A DNA stretch of 53,246 nt, taken from IMG/VR virus record IMGVR_UViG_3300042945_002100, positions 1-53,246 of that record; one strand, written 5' to 3'. Every line of letters starts with the position of its first letter. The stretch's first letter is position 1. This document shows, in pieces, positions 9,803 to 18,777 of the stretch. This DNA is from a virus (lineage: Duplodnaviria > Caudoviricetes). The position numbers and the translations under genes are program-made. The notes under the pieces were generated by a model. It was not told the DNA's origin and did no database searches. It saw only the letters and a program-made list of their open reading frames with translations.

Positions 9803-11012
9803 AGAAAGGAAAAGGCTGGAGATGCAAAAGAACAATCTTTCAGGTGTCTTGGATTCCGTAAATGAGAAGGATGCCGTTGCATTCAAGAACTCCCTTGTTC
9901 AGGCTCTCAACAATCGATTGTTTGCAGCACTTGAGACAAGAAAGAACGAGGTTGCAAAGGAAATTCTCGGAGAGAGCGAGGCTACCGCAGAAGAAGTAAA
10001 CGAAGCCAACATTCTTGCACCGACTGCTCCACCTGTGGTTGGTGTGAAGAAGAAAACGGGAAAGACAATTGTTCCTCCCCCACAGACAAAGGCAGAAGCG
10101 ATTGCTCCTGCAAAGCCAGCAGTCGATCCTGCCGCAAAAGCCAAGGCAGATATGTTGAAGGCAAAGGCTGCTGTTCAGGCAAATAAGGCAAAGTTGGATG
10201 CAGTTGAAGTCAAGAAGAATGTTCTCGACAAGAAGGAACTTGATACCATGCAACGGCAGATTGATGCTGTCATGGACAACAGCGTTGACATTGCGTCTTT
10301 GAAGCCTGTTCCTGGCGGATTTGAAATTAAGAAGCAACCAGACGATGGTCTGAATCCGACATTGGACAAGGAATTCCTGATGAAGACTTTTCAGCACAAC
10401 GGCAAGATCGTTGAATTGAAGCAGATCGGTCTCGGGCTTTCAAGACCCATCCGTGTTTACATTGATGGTAGTCGATGGAATTTCTTTCCAGGACTTGAGT
10501 CTGCTGCGAAGATGGCAAAGGAATACATCGACATGACTAGTGGTATGAACCGCGAGTCGATTGAATCTGTTGCAGAGACTATATCAGAGAAGGTTGATCT
10601 TGATGGTCGAACAAAATTGGTCAGAGATACGATGGCTCGCCTTGAGATGTACAAAAAATCTCGAATCGAGAAAGCCAAAAAGATGCAGGAAGAGCAGGAA
10701 ACAGGAGAAAAGAAGTATGAGGGTCTGTACAAGGATGGAACAGGACGAGGAGCCTTTGTTCCTGAGCCATATAACACAGGGGCAAAGGTGCATCCATATT
10801 TCCAAAAGAGCGTAACCGAAGGGATTCTTGATGAATTTAAGAAAGCATTCGGCAAGGAAAGCATGACCTTCCATGAAGGGGATAAGGAAGAATATGAAAA
10901 ATTCTTCAAGGCTGCAATGAAGAAATTTGGCATTAATGCACCATCAGACCTACAGAGTGATGCAGACAAGAAGAAGTTCTTCGCCTATATCAAGAAAAAT
11001 TACAAGGGTTAA
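9795..11012 (+). CDS. Enlarged prohead core protein at the gp67 locus (multi-module)
   Basis: Follows the portal. N-terminus FKNSLVQALNNRLFAALETRKNEVAK is gp67-like; C-terminus YEKFFKAAMKKFGI..P.DL..KKKFF resembles T4-like core modules. Start uncertain (9795 or 9822). Confidence 0.65.
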   Translation: MDKERKRLEMQKNNLSGVLDSVNEKDAVAFKNSLVQALNNRLFAALETRKNEVAKEILGESEATAEEVNEANILAPTAPPVVGVKKKTGKTIVPPPQTKAEAIAPAKPAVDPAAKAKADMLKAKAAVQANKAKLDAVEVKKNVLDKKELDTMQRQIDAVMDNSVDIASLKPVPGGFEIKKQPDDGLNPTLDKEFLMKTFQHNGKIVELKQIGLGLSRPIRVYIDGSRWNFFPGLESAAKMAKEYIDMTSGMNRESIESVAETISEKVDLDGRTKLVRDTMARLEMYKKSRIEKAKKMQEEQETGEKKYEGLYKDGTGRGAFVPEPYNTGAKVHPYFQKSVTEGILDEFKKAFGKESMTFHEGDKEEYEKFFKAAMKKFGINAPSDLQSDADKKKFFAYIKKNYKG

Positions 11013-11013
11013 A

Positions 11014-11460
11014 TTGCCAACAGTTGTCTACAAGTTCAAAACCAAACAACTACTTGATGAAGTAGTTGCTGCTGTTGCCTCTTCTTGTATTTGCAGCAGC
11101 ATAAAAGAAGTACATTCAACCGAAGAGTTCAAAATTTTGGTTGAGTGTAGCAATGACAGGGACTTGAATGAGGTTCGTTTCTGCGTTGCTCAAATAAAAG
11201 AACAGATCAAAAACAAGCAACTCACCGAAAAGGTTGTCAATATTCTTCAACATTCATCAAGCGGAAATGGAAAACTGCTTCGTCTGATGAATGGAGATCT
11301 TGTGCGTCTGTCTCCCGTAAATGCAAAAGCAATAACACAAATACATGATCAATTATCAGAGACCAATCAAGCATTGTTGAGAACAATGTTGATCGAATCT
11401 AAGTATTGTCATGATGCTGTTGTTGATTTTTGCAACAACAGAATCAGAGAGGAATCCTAA
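11014..11460 (+). CDS. Hypothetical head-region protein
   Basis: Open frame between core genes; probable TTG start just after the preceding stop. Confidence 0.55.
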   Translation: MPTVVYKFKTKQLLDEVVAAVASSCICSSIKEVHSTEEFKILVECSNDRDLNEVRFCVAQIKEQIKNKQLTEKVVNILQHSSSGNGKLLRLMNGDLVRLSPVNAKAITQIHDQLSETNQALLRTMLIESKYCHDAVVDFCNNRIREES

Positions 11461-11511
11461 TCATGACAGATTCCTGTTCTGACAAGCAACTGGAGTTAAT
11501 AAAGGAAATAT

Positions 11512-11889
11512 ATGGCTAATTCAACATCGTATCTCGTAAGAACAAGAAATCGCTGTGTTGTCGGAGTATATGGAGATACCGCAGGAACAATCACTTTCGG
11601 CATCACTAACTCTGCATTTGATGCAAATGACTCGTTGGATAGCAGAATAACAAATTCGTCTGCTTGTCTTTCACGAATTGTATATGGATTAAGCGGAGCA
11701 GGAACCTTGCTTCGATTCGGTCCAACAGGAGGAACTGCGTTCATGCTGTCTCCGAATTCATCAGGTTCAATTGATTTCGAAAGAATCACTTTGCCAAACA
11801 ATGCCGTATCTCCCGCAGATGGAACTTTCAAAGTAGAAGTTCCAGCAAGCACCACGGTGACCGCGTATTTGGAATTCGTACCATTCTAA
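11512..11889 (+). CDS. Hypothetical virion protein upstream of gp21
   Basis: AAGGA RBS; beta-rich 125 aa; position typical of T4-like head operons. Confidence 0.65.
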   Translation: MANSTSYLVRTRNRCVVGVYGDTAGTITFGITNSAFDANDSLDSRITNSSACLSRIVYGLSGAGTLLRFGPTGGTAFMLSPNSSGSIDFERITLPNNAVSPADGTFKVEVPASTTVTAYLEFVPF

Positions 11890-11907
11890 CCAAACAACGG
11901 AGACCCA

Positions 11908-12555
11908 ATGAAACTCTTCTGTGATCTCAACGAAAATATTCAAGTTCTGACCGAGGAGCCTGCTCCTGGTCAGAAAAACTATTTCATCGAAGGCATATTT
12001 CTTCAAGGCAACATCACAAATCGCAATAAGCGAAAGTATCCCATGGAGACTCTTCAGAAGGAAGTAAGTCGCTATAACGAGAATTTTGTCAAACAAAAGC
12101 GTGCTTTTGGTGAACTTGGTCATCCTGAAGGACCAACCATCAACCTCGAAAGAGTCAGTCACATGATCACCGATTTGCGTCGTGAAGGTCATAACTTCAT
12201 TGGTCGGGCGAAGATTATGGATACTCCATATGGCAAGATTGTTAAAAATCTCATTGATGAAGGGGCTAAACTCGGAGTTTCAAGCCGTGGAATGGGTTCC
12301 TTGGAAGAAAGAAATGGTGTAAATGTTGTAAAAGATGATTTTCAACTTGCTACTGCTGCGGATATCGTTGCGGACCCATCTGCCCCTGAAGCCTTTGTTC
12401 GTGGAATCATGGAAGGCAAAGAGTGGATATGGGAAAGTGGTCGTCTAGTCGAAAAGGACATAGAGCAGATCAAGAAAGACATCAAAAAGACTAATTTGAG
12501 AAATTTGGAAGAAGCCAAGATAAATGCGTTCAATAAGTTCCTGCGCGGACTTTGA
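11908..12555 (+). CDS. gp21: Prohead protease gp21
   Basis: IEGIFLQ, NRNKRKYP, GELGHP, LGVSSRGMGSL, ADIVADPSAPEAFV. Confidence 0.96.
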   Translation: MKLFCDLNENIQVLTEEPAPGQKNYFIEGIFLQGNITNRNKRKYPMETLQKEVSRYNENFVKQKRAFGELGHPEGPTINLERVSHMITDLRREGHNFIGRAKIMDTPYGKIVKNLIDEGAKLGVSSRGMGSLEERNGVNVVKDDFQLATAADIVADPSAPEAFVRGIMEGKEWIWESGRLVEKDIEQIKKDIKKTNLRNLEEAKINAFNKFLRGL

Positions 12556-12561
12556 CAAATG

Positions 12562-12568
12562 ATAAATA
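12562..12568 (+). promoter_or_regulatory. Late promoter for gp22
   Basis: Intergenic ATAAATA. Confidence 0.65.
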
Positions 12569-12604
12569 ATCTGCACCCTCACTAAAACACCAAGGAGAGA
12601 GTTC

Positions 12605-13720
12605 ATGGACTCATTCAAGAACAACGAAGTAGAGGAAATCCTCGAAGAGGAAATTCTCGATACCGACGAGCAAACCGACGAAACAGAGGACACCATCAGC
12701 GAGGCTGATGACTCCGCTTCAAAGCAAAAGGCAAATCTGACTGCAACCAAGCAAATGCAGCAGCCAATGGCAGGCAGCACTGCCATGCCCAAAGAGTCAC
12801 CCAAGTACAAGGGTCTTTATAAGGATGGCACCGGCAAGGGTGCAATCATTCCAGAACCCATCGATACCGATGATGTTGAGGGAGATGCTGATGCCGATTC
12901 AAACACAAAGCAAAAGAGCAATGTGGACAAGAAGCGCATGGCAAAGGAAGATCTTGCCGTTCACATGGATGCAATGTTCACTGGCGAAGAGTTGAGTGAG
13001 GATTTTAAGACCAAGGCATCCACAATCTTCGAAACCGCCGTAAATGAGCGGATTGAAGCAATTGCAGAAGAACTTGAGACTGAATTCGAGACTCGCCTCA
13101 TGGCCGCACAAGAGCAAGTCAAGACAGAACTCACGGAGCAGTTGGATTCATATCTGTCTTATGTCATTGAGGAGTGGATGGAAGAAAACCGCCTTGCTGT
13201 TGAAAAGGGTATTCGTACCGAGGTTGCAGAGCAGTTCATCGAAGGTCTTCGTTCGCTCTTCCTTGAGCATAACATTGAAGTTCCATCCGCAAAGGTAGAT
13301 CTTGTCGATGAAATGGCTGAGAAGGTCGAAGCATTGACTAATGATTTGAACGAGCAAATCCTCAAGAATGTCGAAATAACCAAGGAAGTTTCCGAACTTC
13401 GTCGCAAGGACATTCTTGAGGAAAACTGCGAAGGATTGGCAGACACCCAGAAGGAACGCATGAAGAAGTTGGCAGAAGGCGTTGCTTTTGAAGGAGAGGA
13501 AGATTATCGCAGCAAGTTGGAAATCATTCGTGAATCCTACTTTGGTGCTGGCGCGACCGAATCGCAGAACGAGGAAACAGCAGAGGAAGAAACTGTTCTT
13601 TCCGAGAACATCGGTGATGACATGAGTGGTGCTGATGCGCCATCTCAAGATCGACAAGAGGAATTGAGTGAGTCGATGAGTGTGTATGCAAAGGCTCTCT
13701 CGCGTTTAAATCGCAGATAA
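12605..13720 (+). CDS. gp22: Prohead scaffold protein gp22
   Basis: ELSEDFKTKASTIFETAV, LDSYLSYVIEEWMEENRLAVEKGIRTE, KLEIIRESYF. Confidence 0.93.
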   Translation: MDSFKNNEVEEILEEEILDTDEQTDETEDTISEADDSASKQKANLTATKQMQQPMAGSTAMPKESPKYKGLYKDGTGKGAIIPEPIDTDDVEGDADADSNTKQKSNVDKKRMAKEDLAVHMDAMFTGEELSEDFKTKASTIFETAVNERIEAIAEELETEFETRLMAAQEQVKTELTEQLDSYLSYVIEEWMEENRLAVEKGIRTEVAEQFIEGLRSLFLEHNIEVPSAKVDLVDEMAEKVEALTNDLNEQILKNVEITKEVSELRRKDILEENCEGLADTQKERMKKLAEGVAFEGEEDYRSKLEIIRESYFGAGATESQNEETAEEETVLSENIGDDMSGADAPSQDRQEELSESMSVYAKALSRLNRR

Positions 13721-13737
13721 TCAAAATATCGTGATTT

Positions 13738-13744
13738 CTAAATA
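13738..13744 (+). promoter_or_regulatory. Late promoter for gp23
   Basis: Intergenic CTAAATA. Confidence 0.7.
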
Positions 13745-13799
13745 ATGCAGTTAGACACAGTTACTTTCAACAACAACTAATTTGTCACAGGAGACAAAA

Positions 13800-15161
13800 A
13801 TGGACTTGACAATCTCAGAAGCACTACAAAAGAAGTGGAAGGCAATCGTTGAACACGCAGATCTTCCCGAAATTAAGGATAACTGGCGCAAGACAGTTAC
13901 CACAACTCTACTTGAGAACCAGGAGCAATACCTCCGTGAGGCCGCACCAGTAAACTCTGCTGGCGATATGCCCAACACCGGCGGCGTTGCAAAGTGGGAT
14001 CCAATCCTCATCTCGCTCGTTCGCCGTGCAATGCCTAACCTCATTGCATACGACATCTGCGGCGTTCAGCCAATGAGCGGACCTACTGGTCTTATCTTTG
14101 CTCTTCGTAGCCGTTACAATTCGCAGAGTGGTCCCGAGGCTCTATTCAGCGAAGCCGATACCCGTTTCGGTGGTTCAGGCGGAACCCCTGGTTATACCGG
14201 TGTTGGATATACTGGTGGTCTGACCTATGGTGGTTCGGATCCTTTCTTCGGTGCTGCCGAAGCAAACCTTAACAATGCCGTAACCGACACCGATGCAGTA
14301 ACTCGCCCCATGACAACTGGCATGGGCGAAGCACTTGGTGACGCTGCCAACAATGCTTTTGCACAGATGGCATTCAGCATTGAGAAGACAACCGTGACTG
14401 CAAAGACACGCGCCCTCAAGGCCGAGTACACCATGGAACTGGCTCAAGACCTCAAGGCCATTCACGGTCTTGATGCTGAGACAGAACTCGCCAACATCCT
14501 CTCTGCTGAAATTCTTGCAGAAATCAATCGTGAGGTTGTTCGCACCATCTACCGCAACGCCAAGTTGGGAGCCAAGTCTGGTACAACTCAGACCCGTGGT
14601 ATCTTCGACCTCAATGTTGACTCCAACGGTCGTTGGTCGGTTGAGAAGTTCAAGGGTCTGCTCTTCCAAATTGAGCGCGAGTGCAATCAGATCGCCAAGG
14701 AAACTCGTCGCGGCAAGGGCAATTTTGTCCTCTGCTCTAGCGATGTTGCTTCGGCTCTCGCAATGTCTGGTGTCCTTGATTATGCTCCTGCCCTGTCCAC
14801 CAACCTTAATGTTGATGATACAGGAAACACCTTTGCAGGCGTTCTCAACGGCAAGTTGCGTGTATACATTGATCCATACTATTCGACCACCCTCGCTTCG
14901 GACTTCTTCTGTGTCGGTTATAAGGGTTCCAGCCCGTATGACGCTGGTATCTTCTATTGCCCCTATGTTCCGCTACAGATGGTTCGTGCGGTTGGTGAGC
15001 AGTCGTTCCAGCCCAAGATCGGATTCAAGACCCGCTACGGCATGGTCAACAATCCATTCGTCATGGGCAGCGATAATGCACCAATTCAGGATGTCGATAA
15101 CGCCAACGCTTCACGCAGTAACCAGTACTACCGTATCGTCAAGGTTAACAACCTCTTCTGA
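13800..15161 (+). CDS. gp23: Major capsid protein gp23
   Basis: DPILISLVRRAMPNLIAYDICGVQPMSGPTGLIFALRSRY, RALKAEYTMELAQDLKAIHGLDAE, FQPKIGFKTRYG. Confidence 0.98.
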   Translation: MDLTISEALQKKWKAIVEHADLPEIKDNWRKTVTTTLLENQEQYLREAAPVNSAGDMPNTGGVAKWDPILISLVRRAMPNLIAYDICGVQPMSGPTGLIFALRSRYNSQSGPEALFSEADTRFGGSGGTPGYTGVGYTGGLTYGGSDPFFGAAEANLNNAVTDTDAVTRPMTTGMGEALGDAANNAFAQMAFSIEKTTVTAKTRALKAEYTMELAQDLKAIHGLDAETELANILSAEILAEINREVVRTIYRNAKLGAKSGTTQTRGIFDLNVDSNGRWSVEKFKGLLFQIERECNQIAKETRRGKGNFVLCSSDVASALAMSGVLDYAPALSTNLNVDDTGNTFAGVLNGKLRVYIDPYYSTTLASDFFCVGYKGSSPYDAGIFYCPYVPLQMVRAVGEQSFQPKIGFKTRYGMVNNPFVMGSDNAPIQDVDNANASRSNQYYRIVKVNNLF

Positions 15162-15197
15162 TTCGCAGTACAAATCGAGTTACCCCACACTTGGAAT

Positions 15198-15230
15198 GGG
15201 AGCGGCAGAAATGCCGCTCTCGTTCTTTTT
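15198..15230 (+). terminator. Intrinsic terminator after gp23
   Basis: GGGAGCGGCA-GAAA-TGCCGCTCTC hairpin followed by GTTCTTTTT. Confidence 0.85.
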
Positions 15231-15238
15231 AAACAGTC

Positions 15239-15245
15239 ATAAATA
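15239..15245 (+). promoter_or_regulatory. Late promoter
   Basis: ATAAATA 9 nt before ATG 15255. Confidence 0.65.
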
Positions 15246-15254
15246 ACCGTAGTA

Positions 15255-17714
15255 ATGTATTACTCTACTGTCAACCAATTGGTTACATTGTCCATCACGG
15301 GAAGCACGGCGGGATTTGCCGTTGGTGATGATCTTGAGATATCTAGTCTTGCTACCAAGACAAACATAAGAATAGCAGGATTTACAGGAAATCTTGGAAG
15401 AACATTGCTGGTAAAATTGACAAGTGCTGCTGTAAATGAAAAAGCAATTACTCCAAATTATCCGTTTATTCAAGGAAATTTTATTGTTAAGGTATCAAAT
15501 CCTTCTTTGACGGCTGCAATACATTCAGATAATTGGATATCTACGACTGTAGGTGGTAGCGGTCCATTTAACACTACTTGGTATGGTGAACCAAACTACA
15601 ATCCATCAAGACACGAACTGTTCACTTACAGCAACGGAACACATGGAGTTCCTAATGGATACAATTCATCTTTCTATGAAGGAACGATGTTTGGGCTAAC
15701 TGGAACAGATATGTCGTGCGTTTTGATGTCAGATAGACCCGATGTTCCGTTTGGTTGGTGGAATGAGAGAGGAAGCAAAATTGCTTGCCTAATGACTCGA
15801 CAGCACATTCTGAATATCACTCACTATCCCGCAAATGCGAATGAAATGAAATGCGTTGCTTATGATGGAACCGTGCATTCCATAAAAAAGTTATCGGTAT
15901 CGCAATTTGTTGCTGGTATAACTGGAATGACTGCCCCTCCTGCAAATGGAAGTTGGCCTACAGGTCTTTCGGCATGCGGTAATGGAGTCATGTATCCATC
16001 TTTGTATCCACAATGGTACAAAAGAAATACAGGAAGGGAAATATATGAAGACTATGACTTGGATCCTAATGGTACTAGCGGTTTCGCTATGACATTTGGA
16101 GAGTGTTATATACAGACCTTCAAAACTCCCCTACCAGAAAAAATAAAACCTGCATTGATGCCGACCATAAATTGCGAAAATCAATTCAGCATCACAAACC
16201 TTGTGCTTGCAAATCAAGATTTATCAAGCACCTTATTGTCTTCAGTTTCAACAAGAACACCCACGACTCGTTCAAACATAATCGACGCTCTTTATCAAAT
16301 TTTTCCAACACATCTGAATGGGTTTCCTGAAGGAATTACCTCTAACTCCAATCCATTTTATCCAATTACAACTGCATACAATCCAAGCGCATTTTATTCC
16401 CACTTGAATGAAATGCCGATGCTTGTGATCAATAATACTTTTGCAAGAGGATTTGTGAGGCGAAGCAGGCTTGAAGGAATTGGTGTCAATCAGCGTTCAT
16501 CGGCAAGCATACCATTTCCAGGATCTTTAAATGAGTATCAATATCTCTTTCTTTCCTCTGTATTTGGACTGAATAGAACTTATGCAAAAAATTCTCCATG
16601 GAATGATTACTCTTCTTTTGAATCTGACCAAGGGTCTTATATGGGACAAGGGGATTCTGGAAGCATCATATTTGCAAAAAGAAACAATCGTCTTGTCTAT
16701 CATGGTGGTGTACTGTTGGGGTTCAACAACTTTGCCTTGACTGACTCGCCAACAGGAACAAATGAAGTCGATGGCGGTGCGTATTGCATGGGCACATCAT
16801 ATAGCGGCGGAACATGCAATCAATTTGATTCAAGTTCATATAATTTTTTGACATCACCATTCGTTGGAGTTTCACACGACCACAAGAAAATGCTTGACAT
16901 CATGCTTACCGATAAGAGTTGGCAGATAACAACAAATACAACAAATGCAGCAGTTTCGAATGATTATAAGATATTCGAAAGCGATCTTCAGGGACATTCA
17001 ATAGAATGGTATGACTACATGGATGAATTGCTGCCTCTGTATCTTGAGGAACTTGCAGAACAGACAGAAGCGGCTAACAGAATGTATGGAAATACTGTTG
17101 CGAGAGAAGACTCGCTCCCAAAAGTGGTTTCTTCTTTGCCTTCTGATTCAATATCAATCAGAAATAAGCCATATGAAATTGAACTTCCTGACCAAGTCGG
17201 TGCATTGGGCAGTCAACCCACTAACAATAATCTTGCAATGCCGACGAATTTCAAGTTTAGCATCAAGAGAGTTCCTGATCTTTCTTATTTCTGCACAAGC
17301 GTATCTCTTCCAGGATGGTCCAATCCTATCATTTCCATTCCCACAGGAGTACCAGGCGGAAGAAAGAATTTGAGAGTCAACAGCAATTCTATTTCGCATG
17401 GAGAGGCATCATTCAAGTTTCTTGTGAATGAAGACATGTCAAATTACGATGCATTGATGAAATGGTTCAAAGAATGCATTGGATTCAATGATTATTCACA
17501 AGTGACATATCGAAATTGGATGTCAGAAGAAGGGCATTTGCTCGTATTGAGCAACAAAAAGAAACCGTTGTTCAAACTCACATTCAGGGGACTGTTCCCT
17601 ACAAATGTCAGCGAATTGTCATTCAAGGCAAACGATACAGAGGCAACACCGATGACCGCCACGGTCACGATGGCGTTTACATACTTTGATGTCGAAAGGC
17701 TGAACAATCAATGA
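15255..17714 (+). CDS. Fusion: putative trypsin-like protease region plus C-terminal gp3-like tail completion domain
   Basis: C-terminal about 170 aa NNLAMPTNFKFSIKRVPDLSYFCTSVSLPG..FLVNEDMSNY..FRGLFPTNVSELSF is gp3-like; upstream CLMTRQHILNITHYP and GDSGS motifs. Confidence 0.7.
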   Translation: MYYSTVNQLVTLSITGSTAGFAVGDDLEISSLATKTNIRIAGFTGNLGRTLLVKLTSAAVNEKAITPNYPFIQGNFIVKVSNPSLTAAIHSDNWISTTVGGSGPFNTTWYGEPNYNPSRHELFTYSNGTHGVPNGYNSSFYEGTMFGLTGTDMSCVLMSDRPDVPFGWWNERGSKIACLMTRQHILNITHYPANANEMKCVAYDGTVHSIKKLSVSQFVAGITGMTAPPANGSWPTGLSACGNGVMYPSLYPQWYKRNTGREIYEDYDLDPNGTSGFAMTFGECYIQTFKTPLPEKIKPALMPTINCENQFSITNLVLANQDLSSTLLSSVSTRTPTTRSNIIDALYQIFPTHLNGFPEGITSNSNPFYPITTAYNPSAFYSHLNEMPMLVINNTFARGFVRRSRLEGIGVNQRSSASIPFPGSLNEYQYLFLSSVFGLNRTYAKNSPWNDYSSFESDQGSYMGQGDSGSIIFAKRNNRLVYHGGVLLGFNNFALTDSPTGTNEVDGGAYCMGTSYSGGTCNQFDSSSYNFLTSPFVGVSHDHKKMLDIMLTDKSWQITTNTTNAAVSNDYKIFESDLQGHSIEWYDYMDELLPLYLEELAEQTEAANRMYGNTVAREDSLPKVVSSLPSDSISIRNKPYEIELPDQVGALGSQPTNNNLAMPTNFKFSIKRVPDLSYFCTSVSLPGWSNPIISIPTGVPGGRKNLRVNSNSISHGEASFKFLVNEDMSNYDALMKWFKECIGFNDYSQVTYRNWMSEEGHLLVLSNKKKPLFKLTFRGLFPTNVSELSFKANDTEATPMTATVTMAFTYFDVERLNNQ

Positions 17715-18274
17715 TTCAATCAGATTTGGTCTATACTGAAAAGGATTACGGAATTTCTGATAGAACCGCATCTGGAATAGAGTCCGTAAATCCATCCAAT
17801 ACAAATCTTGCACTTCCTACCAATTTTCTGTTTACCATGACAAAACTGCCGAATCTTGCATATTTTGTTCAAGAATTTTCTTTACCAGACGCAGGAGGTG
17901 AACCATTTTCCTTGGAATACATGATAGGTCCGACCATAAAACTTCCTAAATCTACCGCAGTATATGGAAACATATCACTTAAATTCCTGATCAATGAAGA
18001 TTTTTCCAATTACCACTCATTGATTAATTGGATGCTTGAAAATGTACCATACCGACAATTTCTTCCTGTTCAAAAAACAAATTATGGCTCAAGCGACAGC
18101 GCAAGCCTAATTGTCCTCACAAACAGACGAGTACCATACCGAAAGTTTGAAATGAAAGGGTTAATGCCTACCGATTTATCAGGAATTGAATTCAGCAATG
18201 AAGCAACCGATGCCACATTCTTGACAGCCACAGTAAAGTTTGCGATTTCGGATTTTAAGATGGTTGACCTTTGA
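17711..18274 (+). CDS. gp3: Tail completion protein gp3-like (second copy)
   Basis: NLALPTNFLFTMTKLPNLAYFVQEFSLP, FLINEDFSNY, GLMPTDLSGIEF; precedes uvsY. Confidence 0.8.
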   Translation: MIQSDLVYTEKDYGISDRTASGIESVNPSNTNLALPTNFLFTMTKLPNLAYFVQEFSLPDAGGEPFSLEYMIGPTIKLPKSTAVYGNISLKFLINEDFSNYHSLINWMLENVPYRQFLPVQKTNYGSSDSASLIVLTNRRVPYRKFEMKGLMPTDLSGIEFSNEATDATFLTATVKFAISDFKMVDL

Positions 18275-18298
18275 CTTTCTTCAAACCAATGCTATACT
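18271..18298 (+). promoter_or_regulatory. Sigma70-type promoter for uvsY
   Basis: TTGACT-N16-TATACT with TGn extension. Confidence 0.7.
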
Positions 18299-18307
18299 GT
18301 GAACAAT

Positions 18308-18745
18308 ATGCATTTGGACAAAATCAAGGAAATAGCGGAAAAAGATCTTCCGATAGACGATACGGAACTTGGCAACGAGTCCGTTCGAATTCCCCAACTC
18401 CATAACAAGTATCTCGTCATCTTTCATGACGAGCGGCTTTCGCTGAAAAAGGCGCAGGCCGACTACAGGACTCTCCGACGCGACAAGTGGGAATATTACA
18501 CCGGCAAGATGTCACAAGAAAGACTTGATGAACTTGGCTGGGAGCCATTTCAGTCCAAGATTCTGCGAAATGATCTTGATATCTACATCGAATCGGACAA
18601 GGATCTTTTGGAATTGCAAAGCAAAATCGAATATCAGCAAGAAAAGGTCGATTATCTTGAGGGTATATTGAAAGGGATTGCCCAAAGACATTGGGTAATA
18701 CGCAACGCGCTCGAATGGAGAAAGTTCACCAACGGCATAGTCTGA
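18308..18745 (+). CDS. uvsY: Recombination mediator UvsY
   Basis: DLPIDDTELGNESVRIPQLHNKYL, KWEYYTGK, IRNALEWRKFTNG. Confidence 0.92.
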   Translation: MHLDKIKEIAEKDLPIDDTELGNESVRIPQLHNKYLVIFHDERLSLKKAQADYRTLRRDKWEYYTGKMSQERLDELGWEPFQSKILRNDLDIYIESDKDLLELQSKIEYQQEKVDYLEGILKGIAQRHWVIRNALEWRKFTNGIV

Positions 18746-18765
18746 TGGAGCCTTTTTTGGCGGTC

Positions 18766-18772
18766 ATAAATA
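18766..18772 (+). promoter_or_regulatory. Late promoter for uvsW
   Basis: ATAAATA 5 nt before ATG 18778. Confidence 0.6.
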
Positions 18773-18777
18773 ATGAC

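Noticed and set aside
4074-15161. Introns or inteins in gp17, gp20 or gp23
   Set aside because: Frames are continuous, of normal length, and show no splicing motifs
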